A stretch of 61,306 nt of DNA, counting the filler, from Circinaria calcarea (lineage: Eukaryota): the NCBI GenBank assembly GCA_051942165.1. It is 12 parts of 12 records of this genome, joined end to end, with 100 filler letters (N's around TTAATTAATTAA, not from the genome) between each part and the next. Parts side by side here need not be neighbours in the genome. Positions count along the whole stretch, not along the records: positions 46,101 to 51,104 come from JAVECS010002083.1; positions 51,205 to 56,206 come from JAVECS010002084.1; positions 56,307 to 61,306 come from JAVECS010002085.1; 9 more parts are not named here. One strand, 5' to 3'. Below, one piece after another: positions 46,331 through 59,810 of this stretch (positions are counted from its first letter, which is position 1; every line of letters starts with the position of its first letter). The position numbers and the translations under genes are program-made. Below the pieces are notes generated by a model. The model ran no database searches and was not told the origin of the DNA. It saw only the letters and a program-made list of their open reading frames with translations.

Positions 46331-46966
46331 GCGTTTGGCTATGTATGCTTCATGCCTACAAAAATGTAGTGTACCAATATCACAGGCGAGGGAGGAAAGT
46401 CCTGATTTCAAGTTCACTTATCACATGATATGGGACTTCTGGACTTGGGATAATAACGGAACGGACTAACCTATCGACTCATGTACATAATCTCGTAGTT
46501 ATTTCCGCAAACCAATTACACAAATGTGCTTTTCGATTCCGTTTCCGTACGTCTATTTACATCGCCACGCCCCTCATGTCCTGTCCAACGTATTGTCTAA
46601 GTTCCCCATTGCCATTGGGCCCCAACCATCCGGATCCCCAAAACCATCCACATGAACAGGAGGATATAAGAAATCCGCGGAAAAAAAGGAAATCCCCTGC
46701 AAATGCTTCAAAGTTCCAAAGAGATGACGCGCTATACAGGTCGATTTGTAGAGGACGGGGAAAAAAAGGGGTATATGGGTTTTCCATTCGACTCGCATAT
46801 CGCGTCATCCATGCCATGCTCGCTTTGGGAAAAAACAGAATCAGATCCGGTGTGGTCTTAGTGTCGCAACTGTACTTCGCTCACCCCGGAGCGAAGCGTC
46901 TTCTTGGTTTTTCGTCGCAGTTTGCTTGGAAGGTTTTTGTCGTCCCGTGTCAGCTTTCTATTGGGA

Positions 46967-47956
46967 TCAACTATCCTGATCCACCAATTCATCCAGTAAC
47001 CGGATACTCAGTATCATTACCAATAGCCCGATTGTCACAATAATCAGCAAGGCGAAACCGAACCAACCCAGGACAATGGCCGACGTGCCGATTCCGCTCC
47101 TCACACTGCCATTTCCCAAATCTTGCGCTATCACACTTGCAGCCACGGATGCGGTATGTTGCCATAGCACACTGACGAGCGTAAAGACCGCTGCGACGAA
47201 GATGATGGCCAGAGCGACTTGGGATACAGGTCTCGAGGGGAAAGGTTTGACGTCGCGTTCGGAACCCCGCTCGTCGAACTCTTCGTGCCAGCCGGGAAAA
47301 GTGGCGAGGATGAGGAAGCAAATGAAGGCAAGGATGATAGCGACAATTCTAAGATCGCGCTTATTAGCATTCGAAAGTTGAAATGAAAAAGGGAACTGGT
47401 TGCGACTCACATTAGATAGGGGAACACAATACTATCCCTGAATGTACTCGCTACCCAGATCAGATTCAACGGATCCTGATCCACTGACACCTGAGCGGCC
47501 AGCGCGCTCGCATTGTTGCTGCAAAGAAAGGAGCCTCCGTCAGGATTTATGCATATGCCAAAGTATCCCACTCGTACTTCGAGCTGAGATTGGCCGACAA
47601 TATTTGCAATAGCTGTTGTCACGCCCGGATCGACTTGGGCGGGATCAAAGACAGGAGGGTATGATTGGTAGTAGAGGGAGATGAGGAAGATGTTCGGTAT
47701 TAAGGGTGAAGAGGACGAGCAGCCAGCGAGAAGGAGCGCTAAAGCGCTCAACATTAGTCCCTGGAATGTTGGACAGAGGCTGTTTGAAAGAACTTACAGA
47801 GCAATATGATGGCTATGGCAATGAGTATCATGAGAATATGGTGGTATCCAATGACCGGTCCCAGCCCTGGTGGGAAAGGTCAGCTTTATCCACTGTATTT
47901 GTTGATTTTGGCAGAGACGTACGCCGTAGCCCAAGAGAGAATCTTATATTTGCCAT
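46967..47956 (-). CDS. FIG1: Fig1-family Ca2+ regulator / membrane fusion protein
   Basis: Four exons; GYHHILMIL..LLLAGCSSSS, claudin-like VRVGYFGIC........C, DPLNLIW, VLWQHTA; four TM segments. Confidence 0.8.
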
Positions 47957-48821
47957 CTTTTCCCCTTAGATCTCCCCGTTCTGACTATGCCCCTTCCACC
48001 AGTTGTCTCGTCCTACGGAGAGGACGTTGATCCGATCGTCCCTTCAGCACGTGGAATGAGGTAGTGAACTGTGCTAGATGTGCTTCCGTGCCCACGTGGT
48101 AGATCGTTGCAGAGAAGAGGAATGTGGAGCTCGCTGAGAAAAGGGCAGGAATGTTCGATTGTAAAGCTTTCGTTGCCAGGCAACTGTAATCTTCAAATTC
48201 GTTAGATTCCTTTCTCTTAATAGCGTGAGAACATGAGATCGATAGTGTAGAATCTGCTTTGCTTTCTCAAACGTTTGCCCGTGCTCCAAGCTCCATAATG
48301 CGTAATGGGGGATAACTGCAGAGGTTGGGGTGGCTGAGGAATAATCCAGGGCTAGGATTCAGGGTGAAGCGAGTATTTACTTACATGTTACCGCGACAAC
48401 TGCACTAGCCTAGGAACGTGGCCCTTTTCTTGGCGACGCAACCTAAAAACCCGGGATGACATAACTCTAAGCTTAAATTCATCATGTCACTCTGAAGGCA
48501 TCCACTCATCCCCCCAAAGGCTCATTGACGGCCACTGGACCGATTAAGGCGTAAAACGAAAACAGTCAGTTGAGTGTTAGTACTTCTGGGTACCATCAAC
48601 TCAGTCCCACGTATCATCTGTGATAGTTGTTGTACATTAACCTCCTGTTTGCTAGATGCATAGAATTCATACCCAAGCTAATTTTAGCCATCTGTGTAGG
48701 ATGCACTCATCTCTACGTTGAAAGAAATGAAACACTAATCATGAGTTGACCCTTACACCCTCACCACTTGCTTGGAAGGCTTTCCTTTTCCCCAACGCCG
48801 CGCTATAAACAGACTTTCCAT

Positions 48822-51104
48822 CTACCCCTTAAATGCAAAGCGTCCTAAGTCAAGTTTAGGCTTGTTAGTGCTCCCTCCCTCTGAGTATAAACCGCTCTCC
48901 TGATCCTCATCTTCCGAATTAGGGACCATGAAATCCTCACTGCCTCCGTTGGAAAACATTCTGGCTGTTTCCGGTGATTCCGGTATATGTACATTCGCTT
49001 TCAAAGCGGTCGGACTTGTAGATGCTACTGAATCCAAGGGTTTCTTGTCTGTTCCAGCTAAAGTGCTGGAAGACGTTAACGCACTGGTACATGAACGTGG
49101 TCTTTGCAACGCTCCTAAACGTATTTGATGCATAGGTGCTTTATTTTCGGGTCCCTTCAACAGTGGCCTACATAGATTCCCAAGTGCTTTTGTCGGTCCA
49201 GCAGTACTCTGCGCATTTAACTTCGAGGATAGAACGGTGCTTGCCCGTGCTCGCGTTGGATTCGAGAATTTAGCCTCGAGAGCCACAAAATCCATCTTGC
49301 TGCACTCTGCCCAAACTTTGTCAGCAGGCTGGATCTCTGTGACACTTGACACTGAACTGGCAGGCGTGCACTGAGTAACTGCCTGAGATAGTTGCGTCAA
49401 GACACCTGTTGAAGATGATGTTTGAGAAATTGTAGTATTGTCAGGTATGGACTTATTCCTCCTGGATGTGCCCTCCTGATTCTGCGTGTCCATGTCCTTG
49501 AAGACGGGGATCTTGACTAATTTTACAGGCCCATAATCGTCTGCCACGTCGGGTAATTTGGCCATCGCATCCTCTATCGAATCATCAGACCAAATATTGA
49601 TACCTGTTGTTTTTGACCGATCTTCCCTCGCACCTCTTTTGACTAATGGGCTGGGCTCTGGTATAAGAGCTGCAAAGAATCGACTGCGACCAGCCTCAAC
49701 CCTCACCATAGTCGGAAGAGCCTGATCGGTCGCTTCCTCGTCCGGATCTTCACACAGTCTCTGTCTTTTTGGTGGATGTATTCCAGGTGCCGAGGCTGGG
49801 GGTTTCTTATTAACAAGTCTATCCGTAAATGGGGACATGGGTGCATTGTCCGTTATCGGCAAGGACGTTGTAGACCGGGACAGCATTGCCCGAGTTGGGG
49901 CGGAACTGGATAACCATGAGCCACGATTCTGTTCAAGAAGCCACTGTTGGTTAGGAGAAGGTGTAAAACTATTAGGGTCTAGCTCCGCAAGTGGCGTCCT
50001 CTTGGGCTTATAGTAAGACTCAATTGACTTGCTAGACTTCAAATCAGATGGCGTAACAACTGATTGCCGTCTTGATGTTATCCATGGCGACTTTGGTGTA
50101 CTGCCAGCTCGAGAGGTGACAATCATCGGAGTCTTTGTCATAGGATGGAGGTCACCTCTCGCCACACCCAGGGCAATATGTGACTCAACATCTTTTCCAA
50201 TGAACGCAAAGTCTTCCGGTTCAACCTCCAAACCTATGTTCGTGGCCATCACAACTTTGTTGACATCAGGGCAGAAAACACGTTGGTGGAGAAAAGTCAG
50301 CTCGGCCTTCCGGAAATCCTCCAGATACCCTGGTGGAACAACATATTGACCATCAAATTGCAGCATCCGAAGGATTTTCTCAATTGTCTTATGTTTTCGC
50401 ACGAGTCGATATGCAGTTTTGAGGCCCATCTTATTGATGCTCGGCAGGTAATCGCATCCGCTGAGTATTGCCATTCGCCTGAATTCCACATCTGACCAGC
50501 CAACCAAGCTGATTTCTCGGCAGGCAGTAAAATCAGCGCGATTGATTGCAATGCAATCGCCATACTGGTCTAGCTTAGTAAGAAGTCGTTTCGCTCCAAA
50601 GACCAGAAGGTCCGAGTCTTCGGATAGGATTCCTTGAATGATACCCCTTTTTTCAAGATATACAAGCTGTGCATCTGCCTCGTACGGTGCGACGACGTAT
50701 TGTATGTCCTGGCATTTCAGCTCGTCGATCAGTTGTCTGGCCATTTCGGGAGTGACGTCAACGGCCTTTTGCAATTCCAGGTGTGCTTGGGAAGGTTTCC
50801 CCATCCTGTGAAGTTCCAGCCCGACTCTTTTGCTTTCCTTGCGCCTCTTTGCCCTCTCAATTTCCGTAATCGCTTTGCTTGGAAGGTAATCTCCATCGAA
50901 GACCATATATGGAGTAACGCCAAAGTGTATCAACATGCGGACTCGATTCATTGCGAAGTCGACAAATCTATAAACATAAGCTTTGCCAAGGAGTGCACCA
51001 CTGTTATATTCAAATTACTTGGTGGTTGGCTTATCCAAGGCGAGATCAATCGCACAAGCGACTGTGCCCCTGTGTAGCCAGCCATATGCATCGACTCCAA
51101 TTGT
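48822..51104 (-). CDS. EXO1: Exonuclease 1 (XPG/Rad2 family), 5' truncated
   Basis: GVDAYGWLHRG, VFDGDYLPSK..E..R, VAPYEADAQL, SEDSDLLVFG, ILSGCDYL..I..MGLKTA, TFLHQRVFCP; long disordered C-terminus. Confidence 0.95.
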
Positions 51105-51204
51105 NNNNNNNNNNNNNNNNNNNNNNNNNNNNNNNNNNNNNNNNNNNNTTAATTAATTAANNNNNNNNNNNNNNNNNNNNNNNNNNNNNNNNNNNNNNNN
51201 NNNN
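51105..51204. other. Artificial contig spacer
   Basis: N44-TTAATTAATTAA-N44. Confidence 0.99.
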
Positions 51205-51307
51205 TTCTCTGCATCACGCGGTGCATCTCGACAGCATTTGTATTCGAAGCTCTCGCGATATCTAACATCACTGGTCCGCACCCGCATCCACCCGCATCGT
51301 AACCACA

Positions 51308-52099
51308 ATGTCTCTCGCAAGAGCTTTAACCAAGCGCTACAAGCAACACGATACCGAATTGCCATCTACTCCAGCGCGTTCTGCGAGCATAAGGAAATTT
51401 GACGGTCCTATCGACCGAAGTAAAATCTCCTTGCCCATCGAGCTCATATCGACCACCAATGTCCTCGCATACGATGCACCGGATCTATACAACCACGACA
51501 TCCAGAACTCATCAGCATCATCCATGAACTCATATCAAGATTCAGATCGTTCCCTGAGTCTTCACAGTTCTTCGAGTATATCGTCGCCAGAAACTTCATC
51601 GATCGAGTCATCACCTACATCGCCTGAACCGAATCATCTCTCCTCGTACTTTATGCCAACGGGCAATACACAGTTCTCTGCAGGCTCACATCGTCAATCT
51701 TCATCACCAGACGCAGATGCGCCAGCGATTCCATCCCGCGCACTGTCCCACACGAAAAAGACACATCGTGCTCTGGCACGCAAGCGATCTTCGTCACAGA
51801 CCAGAGGCCAGCAGCCACCCAACAGCCTACAGGCTAATGTGATCGCGCGCTCGAGCTTGGATATGTTCTCCAGCAAACCCGAGTCGAGTCACCCATTCGG
51901 TGCAGAGTTAGCGCAGGTCAACGAGCTCGCGGAAGAATATTCCCAGAAAGATGTCACGGTTTGGGATGAAGAAGAGCAATACCTGGTCTCAAACGGCTTT
52001 CAAAAGTTTGGTGTTGAGGATTACGTAACGGAAATTCAAGGGCTGTTCGGCGGCGTATTCGACGACAGGTCTTTCCCCATGGCCGCAGGGTGGATCTAA
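51308..52099 (+). CDS. Ser-rich hypothetical protein
   Basis: 263-aa ORF with ISLPIELISTTNVLAYDAPD and HPFGAELAQVNELAEE blocks. Confidence 0.8.
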   Translation: MSLARALTKRYKQHDTELPSTPARSASIRKFDGPIDRSKISLPIELISTTNVLAYDAPDLYNHDIQNSSASSMNSYQDSDRSLSLHSSSSISSPETSSIESSPTSPEPNHLSSYFMPTGNTQFSAGSHRQSSSPDADAPAIPSRALSHTKKTHRALARKRSSSQTRGQQPPNSLQANVIARSSLDMFSSKPESSHPFGAELAQVNELAEEYSQKDVTVWDEEEQYLVSNGFQKFGVEDYVTEIQGLFGGVFDDRSFPMAAGWI

Positions 52100-52739
52100 T
52101 CATGACAAGGTCAAGAGACCCGGGCACGAGGATTGACTCCTCCCGATGCCCCCAGTTTGCCAACTCATGGGGAATGCTCCATGTATCTCTTCTTGTAAAT
52201 GCTTAATACATGCGTTCGGCTCACTTCATGCTGATAAACTGTATCTGCTATTCCCCTTTCACAAGAGGTATGAGGTGGAAAGGATGGCGGCGGTTTGCCA
52301 AGGGGGGAAAGATCGAGGGACTCATGGCGTTTAATGTACTGCTGGCAGACTGGCTCGCACTACACTCCTTTCAACCAACTGTTTACGCTCTCTACGTGTT
52401 ACGATCTCTTAGGATACTCTGACTGGTGTTACTGGAAATGGGTACATAGTAGCTGGTCTTGGCGTCAGATATTACATGCAACAAATTTGACATTTATGTT
52501 AGACCCCATGTTGAAGTCTGTGGAAATTCAAACCTCTGCTACATGGGCTTTAGCGTAATGCTCAATTTATGACTGTAATCTAGTCACGTTGTAAGTGTCA
52601 GGTGTAGGTATACGGTATAAAAGTCCAAGCTTCCTAGGCCTTTTGCGGAGTGGCTAGATAAGATTACATGCGAGGCGGGTTGAGCAAAAAGTTCGTTTGC
52701 CGAAAACAATGATGATACTGGAGGAACTCCTCACATGTA

Positions 52740-53028
52740 CAAAGGAGCCGGTTTTAAGTCTCCGCGCACGCACACAAATTATTGGGGGATATTTGAATAT
52801 CGCAACACCACTTATTTTGTATACAAATTAGATGTTAATCAACAATGAACATCTTTTGTCGCCTTCATGCTATAATCTTTCAAGTACTGAAAGTATTTCA
52901 CGTGGCATTGTCGTGATTTATGAAGATATTGTTGGTTCTTTTCATGTTGTATATTAGAATTAGGCCTATAGAAATTGCCTTGGCACAGAGTCATCCCCGT
53001 GCGCGGAGACTTAAAACCGGCTCCTTCG
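52740..53028. mobile_element. Tc1/mariner-type MITE, 289 bp (second family)
   Basis: 31-bp TIR CAAAGGAGCCGGTTTTAAGTCTCCGCGCACG (30/31 match); TA TSD on both sides; AT-rich interior. Confidence 0.9.
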
Positions 53029-53292
53029 TACGTATATCACGGCTCTGGTCGATTCGTACAAGCACGACCTTGGATGAAAGGAAATTCTGGGATCTGTTTC
53101 TACCGTTCCCCCGCTACTCCCCGGCACTATCGCTTCTCCCTCAAAACCAATCCGAAACTTCTGTCAAGTCTCGGTTTCCCTTATGATCTGGGAACTTGGT
53201 TGGTCTTGGAGGATCTGAACGTGGGAGATGTGGAGGGCCTCGGATTATTTTTCTACCTTCCAGTTTTGCAGACTTATGTTCCCACTTCTATC

Positions 53293-54475
53293 ATGCAAAC
53301 CTCATCAGATACAACCGATAGAAGGGATTTACTGGTCTCTCAAAAGTCTACATTGCCGCCGTCGCCGATATCGTCTGAGGAGTTCTCAAAAACTTCGTCA
53401 AAGTTCTTCTCAAAGCCATCCTCGAACCTTCCAGCGGCAATTCAGATACTCAAGGACCGTAGGCAGTGTATTTTAGCGGAAAACTGGAATCCCATACAAT
53501 TGCGACCAGGTGACTACGATGAACTGTGGCTGCAACTCGAGAGAAAGGAACAAGATCTCCTAAGATACCTTGAGGACAAAGTGCAGTATGGAAGAAACCC
53601 ATTTGCTAAACTCAGATAGCTAATAACTAAAGCCTCGACTACGATCCCAAGACCTTCGAACTCGTTATTCGTATGCCTACAGAAATCCATGAATATGTTG
53701 GAGGGTCCATTATATATGACATTCGCCAGCAGATAGACATTATCAGAACTGGGAATAACTCTGCAGCTGTACTTGCACAGAAGATAGAGTACCTTGAATT
53801 GACGTCCGTGATTCTTGAGGATGGTGCTCGACGTGATCCGGACAAGGAGTTTGGATACAAAGGTGCCAAATACCCCACCGTGGTTGTCGAGATTTCCTAC
53901 TCACAAAGAAAGAAAAATCTCGCAAAATTGGCGGATCAATACATCGTTGAAACGAGTGGACAAATCCAAATGGTTATTGGAATCAAGTTAAATTACGCGG
54001 GATCGAAAAGTACAATCATATCATTATGGTGCCCAACATACGGGGTAGATAATAAAGGAAAGTTTTTTATATTAAAGCAGATATTATCAGAGGTACTTCG
54101 AATTAAAAACTAAATATCTACATCGAACTAATTTTTAAAGGAGTTTCGAAAAGCAGATGGAACTGGTATCACCGATAAAGCGCTTCGACTTCAGCTGAAA
54201 CACTTTATACTATCCTATTTCGAAGCTAACGCTTATAGATTAGAACAAGAAATCGTGATTTCCTACGAAAAGCTTACGATATTTCTGGACAAGGTAGAAG
54301 ATATTCAAGGCATTGAAACTATCCCTTACGTGCTAGCCGCCGGGCAAGAAAGCGAAGACGGCAATCCACGCCGCCGGAGGAATTCAATTCGGAGGACGAA
54401 CAGGCATATCAGCGTCTAGAAACGACCGAGGCAACACGGGCTGAGGAGCAAGATAAAGAATGGATACAGAGTTAG
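53293..54475 (+). pseudogene. Uma2-like PD-(D/E)XK-fold hypothetical protein with an apparent late frameshift
   Basis: Introns 53586-53632 and 54093-54140; DYDP..LVIRMPTEIHE..RDPD...PTVVVEISYSQ; the tail KRRRQSTPPEEFNSEDE lies in a shifted frame from about 54350. Confidence 0.6.
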
Positions 54476-54743
54476 CTGCACACCGACTTCCCTGAGGGAG
54501 TCGGTATATATAATAATATTATAGAAACCATTATTATTAAATAAATTAAAACGTAAAGGTAAGTGTCTACTACACGACCTATTGGTGGAACCACTATTAC
54601 ATTGAAGATTATCTAACTAGCTACGCTCTGCTGACAGAGATATATTTTGCCATTATTACGCTAAGCCCCATTGGGTGCTATAACTATAGTCATAGCAGTT
54701 AGCTATTAGGAGTGCACCGTATTTCAATTAGATTTAAAAATAC

Positions 54744-54983
54744 TACGGCGACGAGGATAAGCTCTCTTACGATACACTAAAACAAGCAGTAAGGGAAGTA
54801 TGAGATGTTATTATAAAAAATTATTTACGTGATTTTATTAAACCAATATAGGCTTGCTGTTAGCCTATAATTGGCATGCAAACTAAATACTAGATATAAA
54901 TAACAAAGCCTTTTCAGAATCTAACTAAAGTAGGCATTGATCTACTAGCGCCGAGCTAGTATTAATTTCCCTTCCGACCATAG
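54744..54983 (+). mobile_element. Decayed Tc1-like transposon 3' end (transposase C-terminus plus TIR)
   Basis: KLSYDTLKQAVREV*DVI..NYLRDFIKPI*ACC*PIIGMQTKY* resembles a Tc1 transposase tail; ends in a TIR matching the 31812-32049 MITE, followed by TA; relic may extend upstream to about 54500. Confidence 0.8.
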
Positions 54984-55293
54984 TAGATGATCCGCGCGAT
55001 AGCGGCTAGGGCAGACGAGGCTACCAGATGTTTGGGGATGAGGGGAGTTGGTGATTGGAGGGATGGTGCAACGAGGCGGAGGGGGGACGAGGGGATGAGG
55101 CTGAGCACTTTAAGATTTCTCCATTTGCTCTCAACGAGGATGAATATTTGTGGACTTTGGGGTTTCTTGCGTGCGCAGTCTCCTACGTTTGGGATGAGAT
55201 ACAGGTTGGATCAGCCGGAGTTGCCCCCTCTATGAAGAAGACAACATTGTCACTCCATCAATACTAGCCCTCGAAGAAGGATAATCGGTACAG

Positions 55294-56206
55294 ATGTCTT
55301 CCCATTCGGAGATGCCGGAACCCAGAGCGAATCCTCGTGACAGACGAAGAGAGCGCTATCGAGATGAAGAGGCTGTAGAGGACATGGCGGATAGCTCAGT
55401 CGTCCTAACAAGGACTATTGACCCTGTCAAGGTTGCAATAGAGCCTAGAAGCTTAAGCGGATTGAGGTCGGCAATTCAAAATCGCAGAAAGGGTGCAAAG
55501 GCCAGGGACAGTCTCAATGAAGCAATGAATACCAGCACTGGCAACTCTCCTTCAGGTTTTGCGGGTTTACCTCTCTTTCGAAAAGATTCAAATTCTGCAT
55601 TAATGGAGAGGGATCCTTCCCGCATCATAAGCCTCGAGAATCGTAACCAACTTGATGGAAATGAAGCGGACACTTCAGACAATGAAAACTTATCGTCAGG
55701 TACTTTTGATGGAAATGAAACGGATACTTCAGACAATGACGACTTATGGTTAGCTACTTCTGACTCACCGCCGCTTGAGACCCCAGACTCCGTGCTTTCC
55801 ATGGGCTCAGCTTTCACCTCTCCTTTGCCATTAGGTGTGGATAGCGATGATGATATCTTGCGACCTCTAGAATGGATAAACCGACTGAAAGACATTGAAA
55901 AAGAGGTGTTTGAGAAGTCCTATTACTGGTTTAAAAAGGAGCCATTAACAAAGGAGATTCAAGGAGTGCGTTCTTCGTCAGCGCATAGCTCGCAGACATA
56001 CTTTCGCTCAAAATTCCTGCCTATCTTTTGTCCAGTGCACTGTTTGGATGAGAGCTGGCAACATTTGCGCCATCTAGATTTTGAACTTGAATCTGAATAT
56101 TCAGGTCGTAACAACAGCAAACAGACTTTCACGGAGATGGCACTAGCAGAGCTGGTGTCCCTGTACGTGAACTTTCACTTAGAGGACAGAGCAGTCACAG
56201 TACCCA
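55294..56206 (+). CDS. Hypothetical protein, 3' truncated
   Basis: ORF of about 300 aa open to the contig end; internal 54-bp-period duplication at 55652-55747 (DGNE.DTSDN..L twice). Confidence 0.6.
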
Positions 56207-56306
56207 NNNNNNNNNNNNNNNNNNNNNNNNNNNNNNNNNNNNNNNNNNNNTTAATTAATTAANNNNNNNNNNNNNNNNNNNNNNNNNNNNNNNNNNNNNN
56301 NNNNNN
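56207..56306. other. Artificial contig spacer
   Basis: N44-TTAATTAATTAA-N44. Confidence 0.99.
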
Positions 56307-58269
56307 TTGCCGCCTTCTTCAGATCCTTCTTACATCCCACCCCCTGCGCGTAGCAGAATCCCGCTTCCGCCATCGCGTCCGTATCACCCCAATCCGCAGC
56401 AATCTCAAAACATCGAAGGGCCAAGGCCTTGTCTTGCTCGGTGCCCCAACCGTTCATGTGACTGACCCCTAACTCGTACACGCTCAGTGCGAAATGTGCT
56501 CGGCGGGTCTTTTGATCCTGAAAGTCCTTTGGGTTTCTGCCTCGGTTGTCCGAAGTATCCTCCTCGAGTTCGATACTCACCGAGTCCATGGCTTTCCGGA
56601 GCCACCTAACACCTTCTTCTGGACTTTGTCGCATACCCCATCCATGGCGACATGCTAACGCGTAGAGTAGCATCGCCGTGGGATTATCCTGTCGCGCTGC
56701 AATGCGGAGATGATATGTCGATTCTTTCAAGGAGCCGCGTTCATGGCAGTCAATGCCTTTTGTCAGGTGATCCTCAGCGGTCAGCTCGACTGATGCGGCA
56801 AGCGTGCGAGGGGTCGATGGCTTAATGGTGCTTCCCGAGTTTGTCGAGGTCATGGAATGGCGAAAATTATCATCCGATGTTGGTATCGGAGGCGGCCGTC
56901 CATGGGCGGACTCGGTATGATCGACAGAGAGACGTTCTGGTGTAATAGGGCGGAGATCATCACTTTGTCTAGAGTGAGGCGGATTGGGAAGGGATGAGTC
57001 GACTTCTCTTTCTGCAGGCGGTGTCGCTACAATAACGTTGGTTCGAACAAGTGGCTGATCCCACTCAAACTGGGGCATTTCCGTGTTTTGGAGTACCGAA
57101 GTATCACGTTCTAGCATTCTTCCACGAGGCAACGAAAATTTAGCGTAGATATACGACGGAGCCGGAGCAGGCTGGTGTTCTTTGGAATCGAAGAATTCCT
57201 CATTGTCCACCGACATTGGCGTATGTACAGCTTGATCTCCAAAGGCCTGAGTGTGGCTATCGGATGAAACCTTGCGGGAAGGAAACTCCATCGAAGGCCT
57301 ACTGCTATGACTAAGAGGGCGTGAAAAGTTAAGCATGGGACGAACCATAGGGGTGCCTCCAATGGAGTATTCGGAGTTCACGGACGGTGGTCGGCCATGA
57401 GGTTGCACGAAAGGCGACAGCGGAGATTGCGGTAACGAGATAGCACTACTCGAAGATAATCCGCGATTTCGCGAGCCAGACGATCCAGTGTACCCAGTGT
57501 TTTCATCGTCTGAGCTGTCAACTGGAATAGACCGGATACTTGATGATTTTCGAGTGTAATGTAGAGTTGGAGGTCCTAAAGTGTCTGGATGGTGACTTCT
57601 TGACGATGTAGACTCGATAGATAACCCTCTTTGTAGGCTTTCATCGGGATGTGACGATTCAGCGTTTTTTTGGTATCTCCCTAAAGGTGATGTGACTTCT
57701 ACGCTCTTGCGGGAAGGCGCCATGGATTCTGGCGAATGGGCGCGCACAGCACCGAAATAGTCGTTAGTGAAGACTGGTTGACTCTCTAGTGGAGTCGAAA
57801 ATATCTGATCATTCAATGCCGGAGATAATAACGGCGGATTCCCATTACCTCCCATCGGCATCCTGCCCATCCGTGGATAAAAAGACTTTGGTCGAAAGGT
57901 AGGCTCTGCGACTTCCATTTTAGTCCCAGATACCTCGTCTGGCACTGCCGCGCCTTGCTGCTCTGTAATTCCACCTGGTTCACTACTTATCGACCGGAAA
58001 AATCCCTGCCTTGGTTTGGCAAGCGACTTGGCCACCGTGAGAGGAGGTAGCCGGCTTACGCGCCTGCCGTTCCTCCTGCTATCGTCTAGCTCCTTGGATA
58101 GAAGACGGCTCTGGGCGGCCAACGCGTCCAACGGTGACATTGCGGGAGGGACATCTCCTGCGACATGTGTAACTCTGGGAGAGGGCATTCCATTAGGTGA
58201 GGGAATCGTAGATTCTTTGGTATGATCCAGGCCCGTACCAAGATCTATGAAAGTAGGTCGCTGCGCCAT
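56307..58269 (-). CDS. Sel1-repeat protein, Nif1/Dsf2-like, 3' truncated
   Basis: N-terminal VPPAMSPLDALAAQSRLL..RRVSRLPP; Sel1 repeats HLTKGIDCHE, AMLLYALACRHGWG, YELGVSHMNGWG, EAGFCYAQGVGCKKDLKKAA. Confidence 0.85.
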
Positions 58270-59810
58270 CGTGTGCGATTATGGGTCTTTGATGGAGGTA
58301 TAGATTCGGCGGAATTGTTCGTCGAGTATAGGAGTTTGCGCAGCGATGGTAATTGGCCGACGGCTGTGGTGAAGGAGGTAGTTCCTCGCTCAATTGAGAT
58401 TTGAGATAGCGAGTCCTTTGGTTGTATGGTTTGGAGCGTTTTCGAATGCTTTTCAGGCTTCGTGCTTCGTTCGTTGTCAAAGTCGATCCTTCGTCGTGGC
58501 TGTAGAGAGCTCTGGTGTGGCGATGTTGATTCCTAATGTGAATGAGAAGGGCAGTGCTTCAATCGTTGTGAATAGCTAATACTGTGGTCTTTATTGTAAC
58601 AGAGCCCGGCCTCAAGGACAACATAGTCAAAACATGTCAAACCGATCACAACGAGAATGGAAATTGTAATAGTAGATGCTGCAAATGTAATTTAGCGTTG
58701 ATCTCACGACAATAATTGCCAAATGTTAAATCTGACCAATGATGCATTGACCCCCGGCACCATTGACTGGCCTGTGCGAGTCATTAACCTAAACCATGAC
58801 CTAAACTTTCCAAAACTAACCCGAAACCGTTGAAATCATAGCGAGTAACATCTTTAACCTCGAACCCCTAATCCTATCATTCTACTTATCTTCTCAAGTT
58901 TTATACGGGTGACGACGCTCGATCCGTTTCTTATCTAGAATGTATCAAGTAGATTTAAACAGTAAACACCTAGTGATGGTTCCCAATCAAGGTTCATGCC
59001 TGTTAGAGTAATGGAGGCATTTACAACGAGACTAATGGTGGAGCAAGATCAGGCAGCTGTAGCCTTCGGTCCAGGATGATGATGACAGCTTTGTATTGAC
59101 GAAGGGAAGCAATTCCATTCAAGAGAAACGCTGGGGTGCACTAGGTACTGTTCCCAATGCTACTACGAAGTACGAGCGTTCCACGATCCCTGGCAGTGAT
59201 ATGCTCAGGGGCCTCCCGGCGAAATGCAATGCCATAGGGCTGAAGGCGGTCGAACCGGCGGCCAGCGAGTATAAACATTCAAATTACGCTATTCCGTACT
59301 TCGCTCTCGCCTCCGGTGCATATGAGTGGGACTACAAAACATGGCTACTCTGGTGAAAAACGCGACTGGATCGGGGCCTTCGGTACGGGCTACCGAGACC
59401 AGACTTATCGACATGGCTACTCCGTAAGAAGCCCGGAGGTGTCTCCGAATGGGTGCCCACTTTCCATAGCACTGGGAGATATGGTCTCGGTTAGAAGCCG
59501 GACCCCGCCAAGCAATTTTGTCCGCCACCATTCTTTTGCCGGAAGCTGGCTGTCAATCGATGGCGCTCGGATGGGTGCACACATACATGTATAGACCATA
59601 TACTCGGTAGGTAACCCTTAAATTCAGTCTCCTGGGTCAGGTGGGAGTTTAGGTTTTTGTGGCGTGTAGCCTTCCAGGCAGGGCACGGACTTTTGGCTTC
59701 AAGATATCAACTGACAAACGCTGCCAGCGCAAATCACCTCACCTACAAAATCCCATCCATATCTCACCATTTCTTGTCTTTCCTATGACTCACATTCCCT
59801 GAAACCTACC

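Noticed and set aside
58780..58880. tRNA (GGTTCGA on minus strand) or telomere-like CCTAA repeats
   Set aside because: No cloverleaf stems and no regular TTAGGG array
59096..59600. Short overlapping ORFs between the Sel1 and AIG1-like genes
   Set aside because: No recognisable motif or consistent exon structure
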